Below are positions 53,101 to 64,000 of a DNA stretch of 64,000 nucleotides, piece after piece (the stretch's first letter is position 1; each line of letters starts with the position of its first letter). Position numbers and translations under genes: made by a program. This stretch comes from Lingula anatina (Eukaryota > Animalia > Brachiopoda): the NCBI GenBank assembly GCA_051362555.1, contig CM120642.1, forward strand, positions 16,058,001-16,122,000, given 5' to 3'. The notes under the pieces were generated by a model. That model had not been told where the DNA came from. It made no database searches and saw nothing but the letters and a program-made list of their open reading frames with translations.

Positions 53101-53713
53101 TCCGAAGCGTTGCATTCGCCCCATACCCGTAAATATCCCATGTAGACAGCGTTTATGTAAGAGGAGAACTAGCAGTTGTCCCTGGTCATTCTGGTCATCG
53201 ACTTGCAACCTAACCAACACAGAATGTCCTATTTGCTGGACACTTCAACTTTTAAATTTACGTTTTCTATGTGAAGTGTCTTCATTGTTTCCTTGTGTAT
53301 ATTTATGTGCACTTATTATTTTAGAGTGTGGGTGAGTGCAGGTGAGTGTGTGTTTGTTGGGGGGGGGGGGGGATATGACAGCTGCCTCAGTATATACTAT
53401 CAGCCTTTAAAAATACAACAAAGTCAAATATTTTATGCATTTCCTGTGTATGCAAATTTTACTTGTCTTTCCCAATTCAGATTTCCCTTAGCTACAAACC
53501 CCCTCAAATAATAGTGGAACTTGATATTGATATTTCTTTCTGAAATGTATAAATGTAGGGAAACACATACTAAATGTAGTAGGTCTACAATGTACGGCTG
53601 TCTAAACGTAAAAGGAAACATTAAAAACTAAATTCCTTGATTAAAGATGGTACGAAGCATCGAATCCAAGTGCAAAACCGGATCAAGCTTCACGAGTCGG
53701 CCTTCAGTCGTCG

Positions 53714-53767
53714 CCCCCCCCCCCCCCCCCCCCCCCCCCCATTCAAATAATCCTGGATCCGCCCATG
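53714..53767 (-). mobile_element. Terminal fragment of the same hAT-like MITE family as 20443-20680
   Basis: Reverse complement catgggcggatccaggattatttgaatggggg matches caggggcggatctaggattatttgaaggggg at 20443. Confidence 0.7.
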
Positions 53768-53895
53768 GATGTGATTGTTGATATTGTGATTGAGTCTTCA
53801 CCCATTAACTTAAAGTTCTTAGCTTCATTTTAAAGCAATGGAATTTGAACGAATCATGACATTAAAGAAAAGAATAAGAAAAATAGTGTGCGTAC

Positions 53896-54183
53896 AGGGT
53901 CCCATTGGGAATAGTGATCACAGTTCACGGGAAATAAAATCATTAAATCACAAATCCCAATAAATAAAACTGTATCATATCTCACTGATAATGAGAGTCT
54001 AAAATCCTGGAAATCATGAATCACTGTGTATAATGACTTTGGGTAAAGAAGGGCGAAGAAGAAAAAGATGTAGGCCTATTCACGTGTCACGGGAATGGGC
54101 TGCTTCACGGATCACGCTCAATAAAATGAACGTTGCAGGCATTTCGCGAAATAAAAAGTAACGAAAATATCCAATGGGACCCT
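53896..54183. mobile_element. MITE with 13-bp TIRs just upstream of PPP6C
   Basis: agggtcccattgg ... ccaatgggaccct, with internal repeated TCACG/AAATAAAA motifs. TSD not clean. Confidence 0.6.
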
Positions 54184-54507
54184 TATTCTACCTCTAGTCC
54201 TCAAGCTTTAAACAGTGTGGATCACACCGTTTTCACCGATATCAGTTGGGTGTTGTACTGGCATGTCGAATTCTTTTTCGTTTGATTTTTTGTTTATCTT
54301 TTTTTAATTTAAATTACAATCAAAATTGTTACTTTCGTAATTCATTCAGCTTATAAATTATCTTATTTCTGCAAAATCAAAAATATGAAGGGATTAAATT
54401 AAACAATTTTATTTCTATTTAACTTCCCCGGTTTGCCTACAAACAGTGTACAAATCCTTGCCAATCGAACACGGTATCCCATGCACCAGTTTACAAATCT
54501 CGTATAT

Positions 54508-54552
54508 TCTCGCGAGTTCACAGATATAACTGCTTCCTGTTAGAAAATGGCG
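54508..54552 (+). promoter_or_regulatory. PPP6C TATA-less housekeeping-type promoter motifs
   Basis: TCTCGCGAGT (9/10 match to the TCTCGCGAGA palindrome) at 54508-54517, ETS-like CTTCCTGT at 54533-54540, and YY1-like AAAATGGCGG overlapping the start codon. Confidence 0.45.
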
Positions 54553-57500
54553 GACAAGTGGGTCGAAATCGCAAGACAGTGCAAATATTTACCAGAAAAT
54601 GACTTGAAGGTTTGTAATCAGATTCACTATATTATCGAGTGCTTTGCGTTTGGTATTTGAAAGTTGTTTCAGGTTGCTGTGTCATCTAGAAAACAAGATC
54701 AATAACAATCATAAGTATTTACAACCACGGCACAGGCCATGGTCACTGACTCAAGCCGTTGGTGCAAAAGACTGTTTCATCATCAGGTCTAAACCCGAGC
54801 CTGAGGTGCCATGAAATGACAAAATGTATACTGTTTTAGATGTTCAAAACATAAGTAAATACATTAAAAATTCCATAAACGTGGTTCATTTAATGGAAAA
54901 GCAACAGAAGTCAGACCAGCAGGATGAGTTTGTTTTCTTTTTTTTTTTTTTTTTTCAGAAACTTTGTGACTACTGCTCTGAATTGTTACTGGAGGAATCC
55001 AATGTACAGCCAGTGTCCACCCCTGTCACGGTGTGTGGTGACATTCATGGACAGGTAGGTGACAGTATGTAACCACGCTCGGCTGTCACCTTGATTGGAT
55101 AGTAAACGATTGTCGTAAAATCGCTAAATGATATTAAAACCGGGTGCATAAACTTGAAAACCACCTACAACAACCTTGGACTGCCACATTAATCCAATAC
55201 AATGCAAACATAAACTATAACAAGTGGTTAAAGCCTTTAAACCGAATGTCGTAAAGTCCCCATATACCTCCATAGAGACAATAAAATAGAATGAGCTTCT
55301 GAAACAAGATAAATCCAGTTCCAACATAATAATCGAAATAAAATACTGCCGGGCATCGGAGCCCCCTAAAACTTGGCACGCTTACCGCTAATACTGCAGG
55401 CTACATCATCCCGTCGCTCGTTTGTAAATTCCGTGCATGGCATACGCACAATCAAACCGTAAAAAACAAGTTCTCGGGGTGTCGTTGGCCAGGTCCACGC
55501 AACAATCCAATTCAGGAAATGACGTAACCGCAGAGGTCGCATTGTCCAATGGCATGGCTTCTTTTTCGTAATGGTAGGTTAGAGTGGACCTGGCCAACGA
55601 CACCCCGAGAACTTGTTTTTTACGGTTTGATTGTGCGTATGCCATGCACGGAATTTACAAACGAGCGACGGGATGATGTAGCCTGCAGTATTAGCGGTAA
55701 GCGTGCCAAGTTTTAGGGGGCTCCGATGCCCGGCAGTATTTTATTTCGATTATTATGTTGGAACTGGATTTATCTTGTTTCAGAAGCTCATTCTATTTTA
55801 TTGTCTCTATGGAGGTATATGGGGACTTTACGACATTCGGTTTAAAGGCTTTAACCACTTGTTATAGTTTATGTTTGCATTGTATTGGATTAATGTGGCA
55901 GTCCAAGGTTGTTGTAGGTGGTTTTCAAGTTTATGCACCCGGTTTTAATATCATTTAGCGATTTTACGACAATCGTTTACTATCCAATCAAGGTGACAGC
56001 CGAGCGTGTATGTAACGTGACAATTCATGTTACCAATGCGTCACTGTCTGCGGTGACATCCGTGGACAGGTAGGTGACAGTATGATCTGACATGTCATCT
56101 TACCCTTGTGTCCAACCCTGTCACTGTCTGTGAAGACATCCGTGGACAGGTGGGTGACAGGTGTGTGTGTATTTGGACTGCAGTTTTACTTAGCTGTTTT
56201 ATCTCCAACTCTCCTCATATTGACTCAGTAGCTATTGCAAACATATGTCATTATGTGGCCAATATTGAATAATTATTTTGCAGCTTTAAAGCATAATGTA
56301 ATAGAGCTGTATTTGATAAAAAGTACCTTTTTTCAGTTTTATGACCTAAAAGAGCTGTTCAGAACCAGTGGGGAGGTCCCAGACACAAACTATATATTTA
56401 TGGTGAGTATTTAATCTTGACAGCATGTCTCTTTGGGTCTAATAATTAATGTACTTTAATGTCCATTTTTTTAATTGATCATAATAATGATAATAATAAT
56501 GATAATTTAAATTAAAATCCATAAAAAATTTTTTGTAGACTTTACAAATAAAAATAATTGAGGTTCAGGAGTTCAGATTTTAGTAGGATTTATTAAGGTT
56601 TCTATACTTTACCTTGTAGGTATTGCAAGAATCCAGTTGCTGATTTACCCTTATGATAATCTGTGGGTGCATTCCCAGAGATTTAGATAGATCTAAAGAT
56701 TAAGTTTTAGATCAACCTAACTCCCTGGGGGTTCACGCTAAATTGCAGTCAGCCGAGCGGGCACCATAGTTAATTACTCCCTTACAGCTTTTAGTAGGCG
56801 GGACAGACGCTTAAGCCAGCCAAGCTGACAGTAATCTAGTGAGACTCCCCACAGGGATAGATCGAACTAAAAATCTATGGAAATGGGGTGTATGAGATTA
56901 GTTCTTCCTTAATTACCACCATTTTCATTGAATTATATTGTTATTATATTATATTGCTTTCAGGGTGATTTTGTAGACAGGGGATATTACAGTTTAGAGA
57001 CCTTCACACTACTTCTTACACTAAAAGCAAGGTAGTAAACTTTTTGGTTTTCAAATTTTATCTTTAACTTTAGGTTCCTACTTGTCTTAGATTTGAAAAT
57101 GAATGCTTCATTTAATTTCCACCGAGGTTAAGAACTTAAGTTTCCATTTAAGGCACTTCCCCTTTCTCACTTATATATAACAATGAATTTGAGCAAAATA
57201 TTTGACTAAACTATACTTTCTTTAATTTTTTTGCTAGATGGCCAGATAAAATAACACTCCTACGAGGGAACCATGAAAGTCGACAGATTACTCAGGTGTA
57301 TGGTTTTTATGGTGAGTTCAGCAAATAAAATTGCAAAGAGATGCATTCCCAATTTAGCTAGTATGTAATGCAACAGAAAGTAGCCCTTATATTTTACTTG
57401 TTGTAAGAGATATATGAAACTGATTATCTATTAACTAATTGTAACAGTTGCAGTTGCTGTGGTAATATTTGAGAAGAGGTTGTTTTATATCATTGTTTCA

Positions 57501-58624
57501 GATGAGTGCCAGACAAAGTATGGAAATGCCAATGCATGGCGGTACTGTTGCCGAGTATTTGATCTGTTAACAATAGCTGCGGTAAGTTACTGAAGTGGGC
57601 AGTATTAGATGACCACTGGTCAGTCAGTGATAGCAATAAATGGGATACAGTGTTAGGTTAAAAGATAGGAATGGTTCAGAGGTGATGCCATCTTACATGT
57701 TTATAAGCATCAATCTTTATTTGAGACATATTTGTGATAATCATTGTTAAGTTAGTCTTTTTCGCTGAAAAGAATACCTTTGAAGGACTGCTGTTGAACT
57801 GCCAGTTTTCAGCAAGCTGTAGGTCCTCAAAATGTAGAGTTAGATATGTAATAGCATTTAAGTTTAGTAAAGTGTGGAACTGGATCATCCACACACATAC
57901 TAATACATGTATTGCATTATATGTATTGCTATATTGAATATATTTGCAGATAATTGATGAGACCATCCTGTGTGTTCACGGAGGTTTGTCACCAGACCTG
58001 AAGACATTGGATCAGATCAGAACAATAGAAAGGAACCAGGAGATCCCACACAAGGGGGCGTTCTGTGATATCCTTTACTTACTGGTTGGTTTACCCCTTT
58101 TGTGGGTAGCTAGGGGAAGGGGGAGAGACTTTGTGTTCTCCAGGGGTGAAAAAAGCTGATTGTTTTCTTCTCCAAGCTAGGATCAATAATTAAAATTATT
58201 CTGACATGGGACAAGAAAAGTATACGGCAGATTTTTTTTTCTTGTCTCATCTAGGGTCAATAATTAAAATTTTTTTGTGGTGGGTCTAGAAACGTATACA
58301 CTGCTTTTCTTAACTGCTGTCTACATCTTGTCTGGTCTGACCCTGAAGATGTGGAGACGTGGTCCATCAGCCCCCGGGGTGCGGGATGGTTGTTTGGAGC
58401 TAAGGTGACATATGAGGTGAGTGAAAGGAATAACCTACTGAGGAGGCCTCTGAATCTTGTTAATCCACTCTGGCTATATCTCTTGTATAATTTTTTTTCA
58501 ACAATGGAAGCCATTATTCTTGTGTGTGTTTTTGTTTGTGTACAAAAATATGAACTTATCAGTGCTTGTACTAAAGATTGTGATTTTTCAAAATATTGTC
58601 CTAATGTGTGTTACAATTGAAGAT

Positions 58625-58694
<70 letters not shown>

Positions 58695-60052
58695 GCCTGA
58701 AAGTTTTAGATATAAGAACATAGAAATGCTATATCACAAATCATATAACCATTTATTCATATTCCAGTCCTATTGTCTTATATCCAAAAAATAAATAAAT
58801 AAATAAAACTGCGGTTTTAGGCTGTTTTAAACTTAAACTTAGGCATTCTGTACAACTGGATTTAAATTCTGTCTGCCAATCTGCTTATCTTATAACATTG
58901 ACTTAGCCAAATATATATGAGTGCAAATGCACATATCAATAAAAAATTCACCTAAGTGATATGGTACATGTACTCTTGGATGCATATTTGTAAGTCAGTA
59001 ATTATTATTAGTACCCAGCCAGTTGTCTCTAGGGCAGCAGAGTGCTCTTTGTAGAAGAATGTCATGTCACTTATTAATATAAAAGAGCCTTAGTGCACTA
59101 TTAAACGCTGAAAGATTATCAGGTTGGGCAGTAACAAGGTCCTAGATGTCCGTTGTCTGTGAGAGAATTTTCCAGAGGACTTTGTTTTTGAACCCTTTTC
59201 ATTTTATTAAAGCCATCATATCTGAAATTTTCTTACCAAATTCAGTTTCCTTTGAAAAAACAATTTTTTCTTACTCACAAGGTGTGGGTCTGTCCATCCT
59301 TTACTTCACAGTAATCAATGTTTCATTTTTTTAAAATTGGTTTTGAATGAATGGGCAGTCTCTTAGAAGTGTTAGAAAAAATAGCAATATCTAGTTCTTT
59401 TATTTTAGGATTTTTTATTGTTTTGAAGGTCAGAATGGGGAAAGAAAAGTGACTTTGCAGTATATTTAGACAAAGAAAATATGATTTTGGGAAAGTTTTT
59501 CAAGCATGGACAGTATACTAAGTACCTTTAATATCGTTCATTTCAGTTTGTCCACATCAACGGCCTGAGACTTATCTGTAGGGCTCACCAGTTGGTCCAT
59601 GATGGTAAGGCTTTGGTGTGAGTTGGGGGGGGGGGGGGGGATAACAATTCATTTATTTCTGAAATTTGGCTATATCATAGCCTTTTGTTAAAAATGTGGT
59701 AAAATGTAATGTTAAAATGTAAAATTGAATGACAGAAAGTATTTTCTAATATTTCATACTTCTAAGGTTTCTTTCTTTCCTTCTTTTTTCTTTCTTCTTT
59801 TCTTTCTTTCTTCTTTTAAATTATTGTTTTTGTGATGCAGGGTTCTTCATTTATTTTTCAGGGTACAAATTCATGTTTGATGAGAAGTTGGTAACAGTTT
59901 GGTCAGCCCCTAACTACTGCTACCGCTGTGGCAATGTGGCTGCCACTCTCTCCTTCTCAGACGCAGAGACAAAAGAAGCTAAAATATTTCACGCAGTGCC
60001 TGACAGTGAACGTGTTATTCCTCCACGCACAACTACGCCGTATTTCTTGTGA
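54547..60052 (+). CDS. PPP6C: Serine/threonine-protein phosphatase 6 catalytic subunit, 301 aa, 10 coding exons
   Basis: Exons 54547-54609, 54959-55054, 56337-56402, 56964-57031, 57238-57311, 57502-57581, 57950-58067, 58325-58416, 59547-59604 and 59862-60052 (906 nt, frame continuous). PPP motifs [29 protein letters not shown] and SAPNYCY. PP6-specific segments [32 protein letters not shown] and [12 protein letters not shown]. Confidence 0.96.
55074..56008. mobile_element. 935-bp foldback DNA element (425-bp arms, 85-bp spacer) with 8-bp TSD; P/hAT-type, non-autonomous
   Basis: 55074-55498 is the reverse complement of 55584-56008, with no mismatch found by eye. Identical mirrored ORFs at 55124-55327(-) and 55755-55958(+). 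CA...TG termini; TSD TATGTAAC at 55066-55073 and 56009-56016. Confidence 0.95.
56036..56160 (+). repeat. Two degenerate tandem copies of the 3' end of PPP6C exon 2 plus its 5' splice site
   Basis: gtcactgtctgcggtgacatccgtggacag|gtaggtgacagtatg (donor 56070) and ccctgtcactgtctgtgaagacatccgtggacag|gtgggtgacag (donor 56150), versus the true exon end gtcacggtgtgtggtgacattcatggacag|gtaggtgacagtatg. Confidence 0.88.
56670..56885. mobile_element. Degenerate palindromic MITE in PPP6C intron 3
   Basis: Nested imperfect inverted segments: cattcccagagattt / aaatctatggaaatg and ttttagatcaacctaactccctgggg / ccccacagggatagatcgaactaaaa. Confidence 0.45.
58068..58324 (+). other. U12-type (minor spliceosome) AT-AC intron, PPP6C intron 7, 257 nt
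   Basis: 5' site G|ATATCCTTT, branch site TTTTCTTAAC at 58305-58314, 3' site TAC| at 58322-58324. Removal restores the conserved FC-D-LVWSDP. Confidence 0.93.
58628..58692. repeat. (TA)n microsatellite in PPP6C intron 8
   Basis: Directly visible. Confidence 0.95.
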
Positions 60053-60825
60053 TTAATATCATCTGTATTATGTACAATATATGATGTATTTATGGACAAT
60101 GCAGTTATAACATTTAAGTCTTGAAAAGATGAAAAAAAAAAAAAAAACAGTCCCGCTTAAAAGTTTCCAAAAAGAAATAATGTAAAGATTCCTGGCATAG
60201 CCTGGATCCTAACGGTACAGATCAAAATTGGCAAGAGGTCATCTGTGGTTGCCGACAAAGTCTTATCAGTGAACTTACTTTCTGACCATACGTGTAAAGT
60301 TCATTGGTGCAAATGATTTTGACGCCATTCTCTTTCTACCTGCTCCCTGGAGTCCACATTATTCCCTCTGTTGCAGTTTCATTGTGAGCAAAAGAAGGCT
60401 ATTGTACAGGTTTATTACCAGTAGACACTGAAACTAACAGTGGTATTGTACAGTAATGTAAGGTCAATCCCCATTTTAATTTCTGACACAGATCGTGTCA
60501 CTTCATGATATTTTAATGCTTTATACAAAAATGAGCGTCCTTGGATATTTGTGACAGAAATACAAATGGACAACTTAAAAAAGTTACAAATCTCACGGAG
60601 AAAATTACTAAATGGTGCATTCTCTGAGTTCACCTTGTGGGTGTACATTTATTTTAGATTTTTACTAAAAAAAACTCGCCTAAGAAGAGGAAGGTCTTTA
60701 AAAGGGGGCGTTTTTTTTTCACTTCTGAATCATGAGAAGCGTGCAAAATAATCAGGATTCCAATATTCTCACAATTTCTGATTTTATCAGTATAATATTT
60801 TAGAAAATTGTAAAGATATTTTGTA

Positions 60826-60831
60826 AATAAA
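60826..60831 (+). terminator. Candidate PPP6C polyadenylation signal
   Basis: AATAAA followed ~25 nt later by GU/U-rich sequence (tttggtgtttcttt), near the end of the CpG-depleted zone. Confidence 0.5.
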
Positions 60832-62794
60832 ACAGCTTAGTAATATTTATATATTTGGTGTTTCTTTACTCGTCATTGATAAATATGTTTATAAAAACTA
60901 CCACGTGTTATTCGATGCCATATGGAAATGTATTTTTAATTAAGAAAACTGGAAGATGCACGGGTTGAGGATGGGGTTCTTTTCTCCAGTTACTGCAATG
61001 CGAAGAGTGGTTATGTCTCAAGATATTTTCTCGTCTGGTTACGTCTAAAGTGGAGGGGCGTAAAGTGTAGTCCTTTTTAAGAACGAAGTATTTTATCCAA
61101 GCACTTCAAAATGGAATAATTACGGAATTTTGGGAGTGGATTAATCATAATAAAAATAAAACCTTTGTCTTAGAGTCAGTGTAAATCAGCGTGAAGTGGA
61201 CTTATTTTTGACCACAGGATTGTCAGCTCACTTTTTATGGATACAAAGATTTTTTCTGTATCTGCTATGGTAACATTGGAGAGGGGCAGCTGATTTTGCC
61301 TTATAAACATTCGTGGAATTGATTTTGCTTTAAGTTGAAGTAATGTCACTTCATATAAACTAGTGTGTGCGTCATTTAATTGCTCCTCATATCTTTCATT
61401 ATTCTTCTTCATTTCCATTATGAATGTAAAACTGTAAATCTTCTGGTGGTAATTTTAGATAAATTATAATTATAAATGACGTGAGATGACGTACCCGAGG
61501 ACTTCTACTTTACATACAAATGAAAGGAGGAGATGAAAGCTGCACCTGAATATGCAGTTTTAATTGCTGGGGAGTGGATAGGGACGGTTGTTTGAAATAC
61601 GATGACAGGGAGATCAAACGAGGGCAGTCATCAAAAGCGAGTTTATTCTTCGCTAAAAGCTCTCAGCTTCAGAGTGCCATAACCACAAACATTTGAGGAC
61701 AATATTGGATTAATGCTGTTTTCTTTTGAAAAGTTAAATTACAGTTGTCAATCGAGTAAATTATAAGTGAAGTAAAATGATAATAAAATGATAATAAGCT
61801 TTTTTTTCTAAGATGAACTGTGAATAGCTATTGCTATATGCTAAATAACATTTTAAAAAGAGATTTAATATTCCGCCCAGCTAAACCGTTGTCTAAGACC
61901 AGTGACGCATATGAAAGGATAGGGGACGCCTAATAATTATGCAGATTTGATTTCTGACTTGAACGGGCCTGTGCGCCCGTCTGAAATCTGATGAGAGGTC
62001 AGTGACCTTAGGACAGCCACCCTATAAAGTGCGTTTGCCGAATTCCTTGATAATTCATTGCTAATCAACGTGTAAATATTTTTAAAGGTTCCAGATCATT
62101 AAGATGGCGAGGTATTTTATTTTATTGTTTAATTTTTTTCATGGTAATTTTACCTTGATGTACATCCAATTTTACCTTGATGTATCAGTGCCGTCTAACA
62201 GCGACTTGAGAAAGGCAAAACATGACACCAAACGTGAAAGAGAAATATTAACTGAAGGAAAATTTCGCTTGCTGAAACAAGAAAACATTATTACGGACTC
62301 GCTGGAGATGTGAAAAGGGAAAATATTAGACAATAAATCACATTCCTAAAATATAAAATGGGCTCTTAATTGTATAAAACCAGCTCCACGAGTCACCTGC
62401 GTGTAGATATATCCGAAATGAGTGTTCGTAAAAATTATTTCCTTTTATCCTTTTTTTGCGTTTTTAGACCTGGAAAGGTGACTCTACCTCAAGGGGTGCA
62501 TATATCTATTCTCCATTACTCACAGCCTTTTGCGCCCTAACATATCTTCATAATTAGGTAGAATAATTCAACGAATTGTTAATTTTAAATGCGCACCTTC
62601 TGGCCAAAACTCAAACTAAGGACAAACCACTCTGCTGACGCCCCCTAGTTGGATAATTTATTGCTTTTTAAAACATAGAACAACAATTAAGTTCTTATTT
62701 AAAATGTAAATTTACATAACGTCTCCCCTATATAATATCTTGAGCGTACTGGTCAAAACTACTTGATAACTCAGCAAGAAGACGGAGGTGTGCC

Positions 62795-62943
62795 ATGACG
62801 TTCTCAGCTTACCTATTCCTGGTGGTTCTAGCCACGGCGACAGCCACTCCTGGTAATCAATTTCATTTTCTCACCTTTTTAAGCTTTCAGAACTATTTGC
62901 GTAAAGGCGCGTTAAGTAAAGTTACAACTATGTACGTAATGAG

Positions 62944-63025
<82 letters not shown>

Positions 63026-63397
63026 GCTTTTTATAATTTCAGAAAACCCAGAAGATTTTTAAAACTTACATTTGATAACAAATATTCATTGTTATTCATA
63101 TTTCAAAAATTCTGTTGGAATAACATTTGATAACAAATATTCATTGTTATTCATATTTCAAAAATTCTGTTGGAATACAGAACTGACAATTTTTATCGTA
63201 TTCTAGAAAAGGAATGTGAGAGTATTGGCGAGTACATGCGAGACATTAGCAACCGGTGTTATTTTTACCAGTGCACCTACGCCAACGCGGCATTAGACTT
63301 GGAGCCCACGCGTCTCAGATGTGCTCCGGGCACCACAGTGCGTCATGATTACGTCATGCAACCCGGTGACGCAAACCCTTGTCACGGCATTAATTTG
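62795..63397 (+). CDS. Secreted protein with a chitin-binding type-2 (CBM14/peritrophin-A)-like domain; first two coding exons, 3' part not identified in the window
   Basis: Exon 62795-62852 encodes the signal peptide MTFSAYLFLVVLATATATP (GCC-ATG context, G|GTAATC donor, TATATAA at 62729-62735). Exon 63207-63397 (ttctAG| ... |GTAAGT) continues in frame: EKECESIGEYMRDISNRCYFYQCTYANAALDLEPTRLRCAPGTTVRHDYVMQPGDANPCHGINL, with the C..D...CxxYQC...CxPGT pattern. Confidence 0.75.
62947..63022. repeat. (TA)n microsatellite
   Basis: Directly visible. Confidence 0.95.
63068..63177. repeat. 55-bp tandem duplication in an intron
   Basis: acatttgataacaaatattcattgttattcatatttcaaaaattctgttggaata twice. 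Confidence 0.92.
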
Positions 63398-64000
63398 GTA
63401 AGTATCGCAACATATTTGTAACACTCGGTTGTTATTGTATTTGTTCGTTAAAATTTTCGTTAATAGATTAAACAAAGAAGTGATTACACTTTGCCTCTAG
63501 GGGCGCTGTGTGGACTTTTTTCGCGAAATGCTCCGTTACAACGGATTTTGATTGCGTTTCTGATATTTTTGTTTTGATGGCCAGTTTCGATTTCCTTAAT
63601 ATTTCTAATGTTCAAAACAGTAAGTAATACGGCATTTCTTCAGACTTTGTTACACCGTGCTTGAAACCGTTTGCGGTACGGATTTTTGCTTTTTCATTTG
63701 GGGCACCATCGAAGTCATACATCAGTTTTAAAGAATTTTTAATATTGCAGCCTTTTCTATTGTTGCTTTTTCATAAGATTGGGCCAAAATTAGTTTTCCA
63801 AGCGTTCGTTAGCCCGGTGTGACACGGTGTCTTAAGAACTTTATACATAATTGGGATTTTGTTCGATACAAACGATATTCATTACAATCACCCGCCATCG
63901 TATGCCTCTTTTCCTGATCTCGAGTCTCGATATTTTTTCAACTAAACTTAGCATGATTGTTTGCAACGATACATAAGACAGTCACGCAAGATCAATCCAT

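Noticed and set aside
53078-53335. Cys-rich ORF ending in CPIC, superficially RING-like
   Set aside because: Lacks the required C3HC4/C3H2C3 ligand spacing and His; no exon structure.
55124-55958. Identical 67-aa ORFs on opposite strands, and a similar ORF at 33130-33324
   Set aside because: By-product of the inverted-repeat arms; no transposase or THAP motifs.
58068-58159. Track ORF continuing as [13 protein letters not shown]..., suggesting a truncated or pseudogenised PPP6C
   Set aside because: This is read-through into the AT-AC intron. Splicing restores an intact protein.

Overview
This is eukaryotic, AT-rich genomic DNA from an invertebrate animal. It has spliceosomal introns, microsatellites, many MITEs and a mosaic CpG pattern; the species cannot be determined from the sequence. 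Four protein-coding genes are supported: (1) a single-coding-exon KCTD8/12/16-family BTB gene (+, 8212-9039); (2) a 5-exon globin with the ancestral B12.2 and G7.0 introns and an N-terminal extension (-, 48325-50003); (3) a 10-exon protein phosphatase 6 catalytic subunit, PPP6C (+, 54547-60052); (4) the first two coding exons of a secreted protein with a chitin-binding type-2-like domain (+, from 62795, incomplete in the window). PPP6C contains a U12-type AT-AC intron, a 935-bp foldback transposon in intron 2 and two decoy copies of the exon-2 end. About 37 kb between KCTD and globin has no recognisable coding gene. It holds several MITEs and a ~5.5-kb element inserted in a (CA)n microsatellite, which carries a higher-order tandem array and three nested transposons or fragments. 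Almost all other ORFs in the supplied track look spurious. Gene models were assembled by eye from splice sites and reading-frame continuity; no database searches were run.
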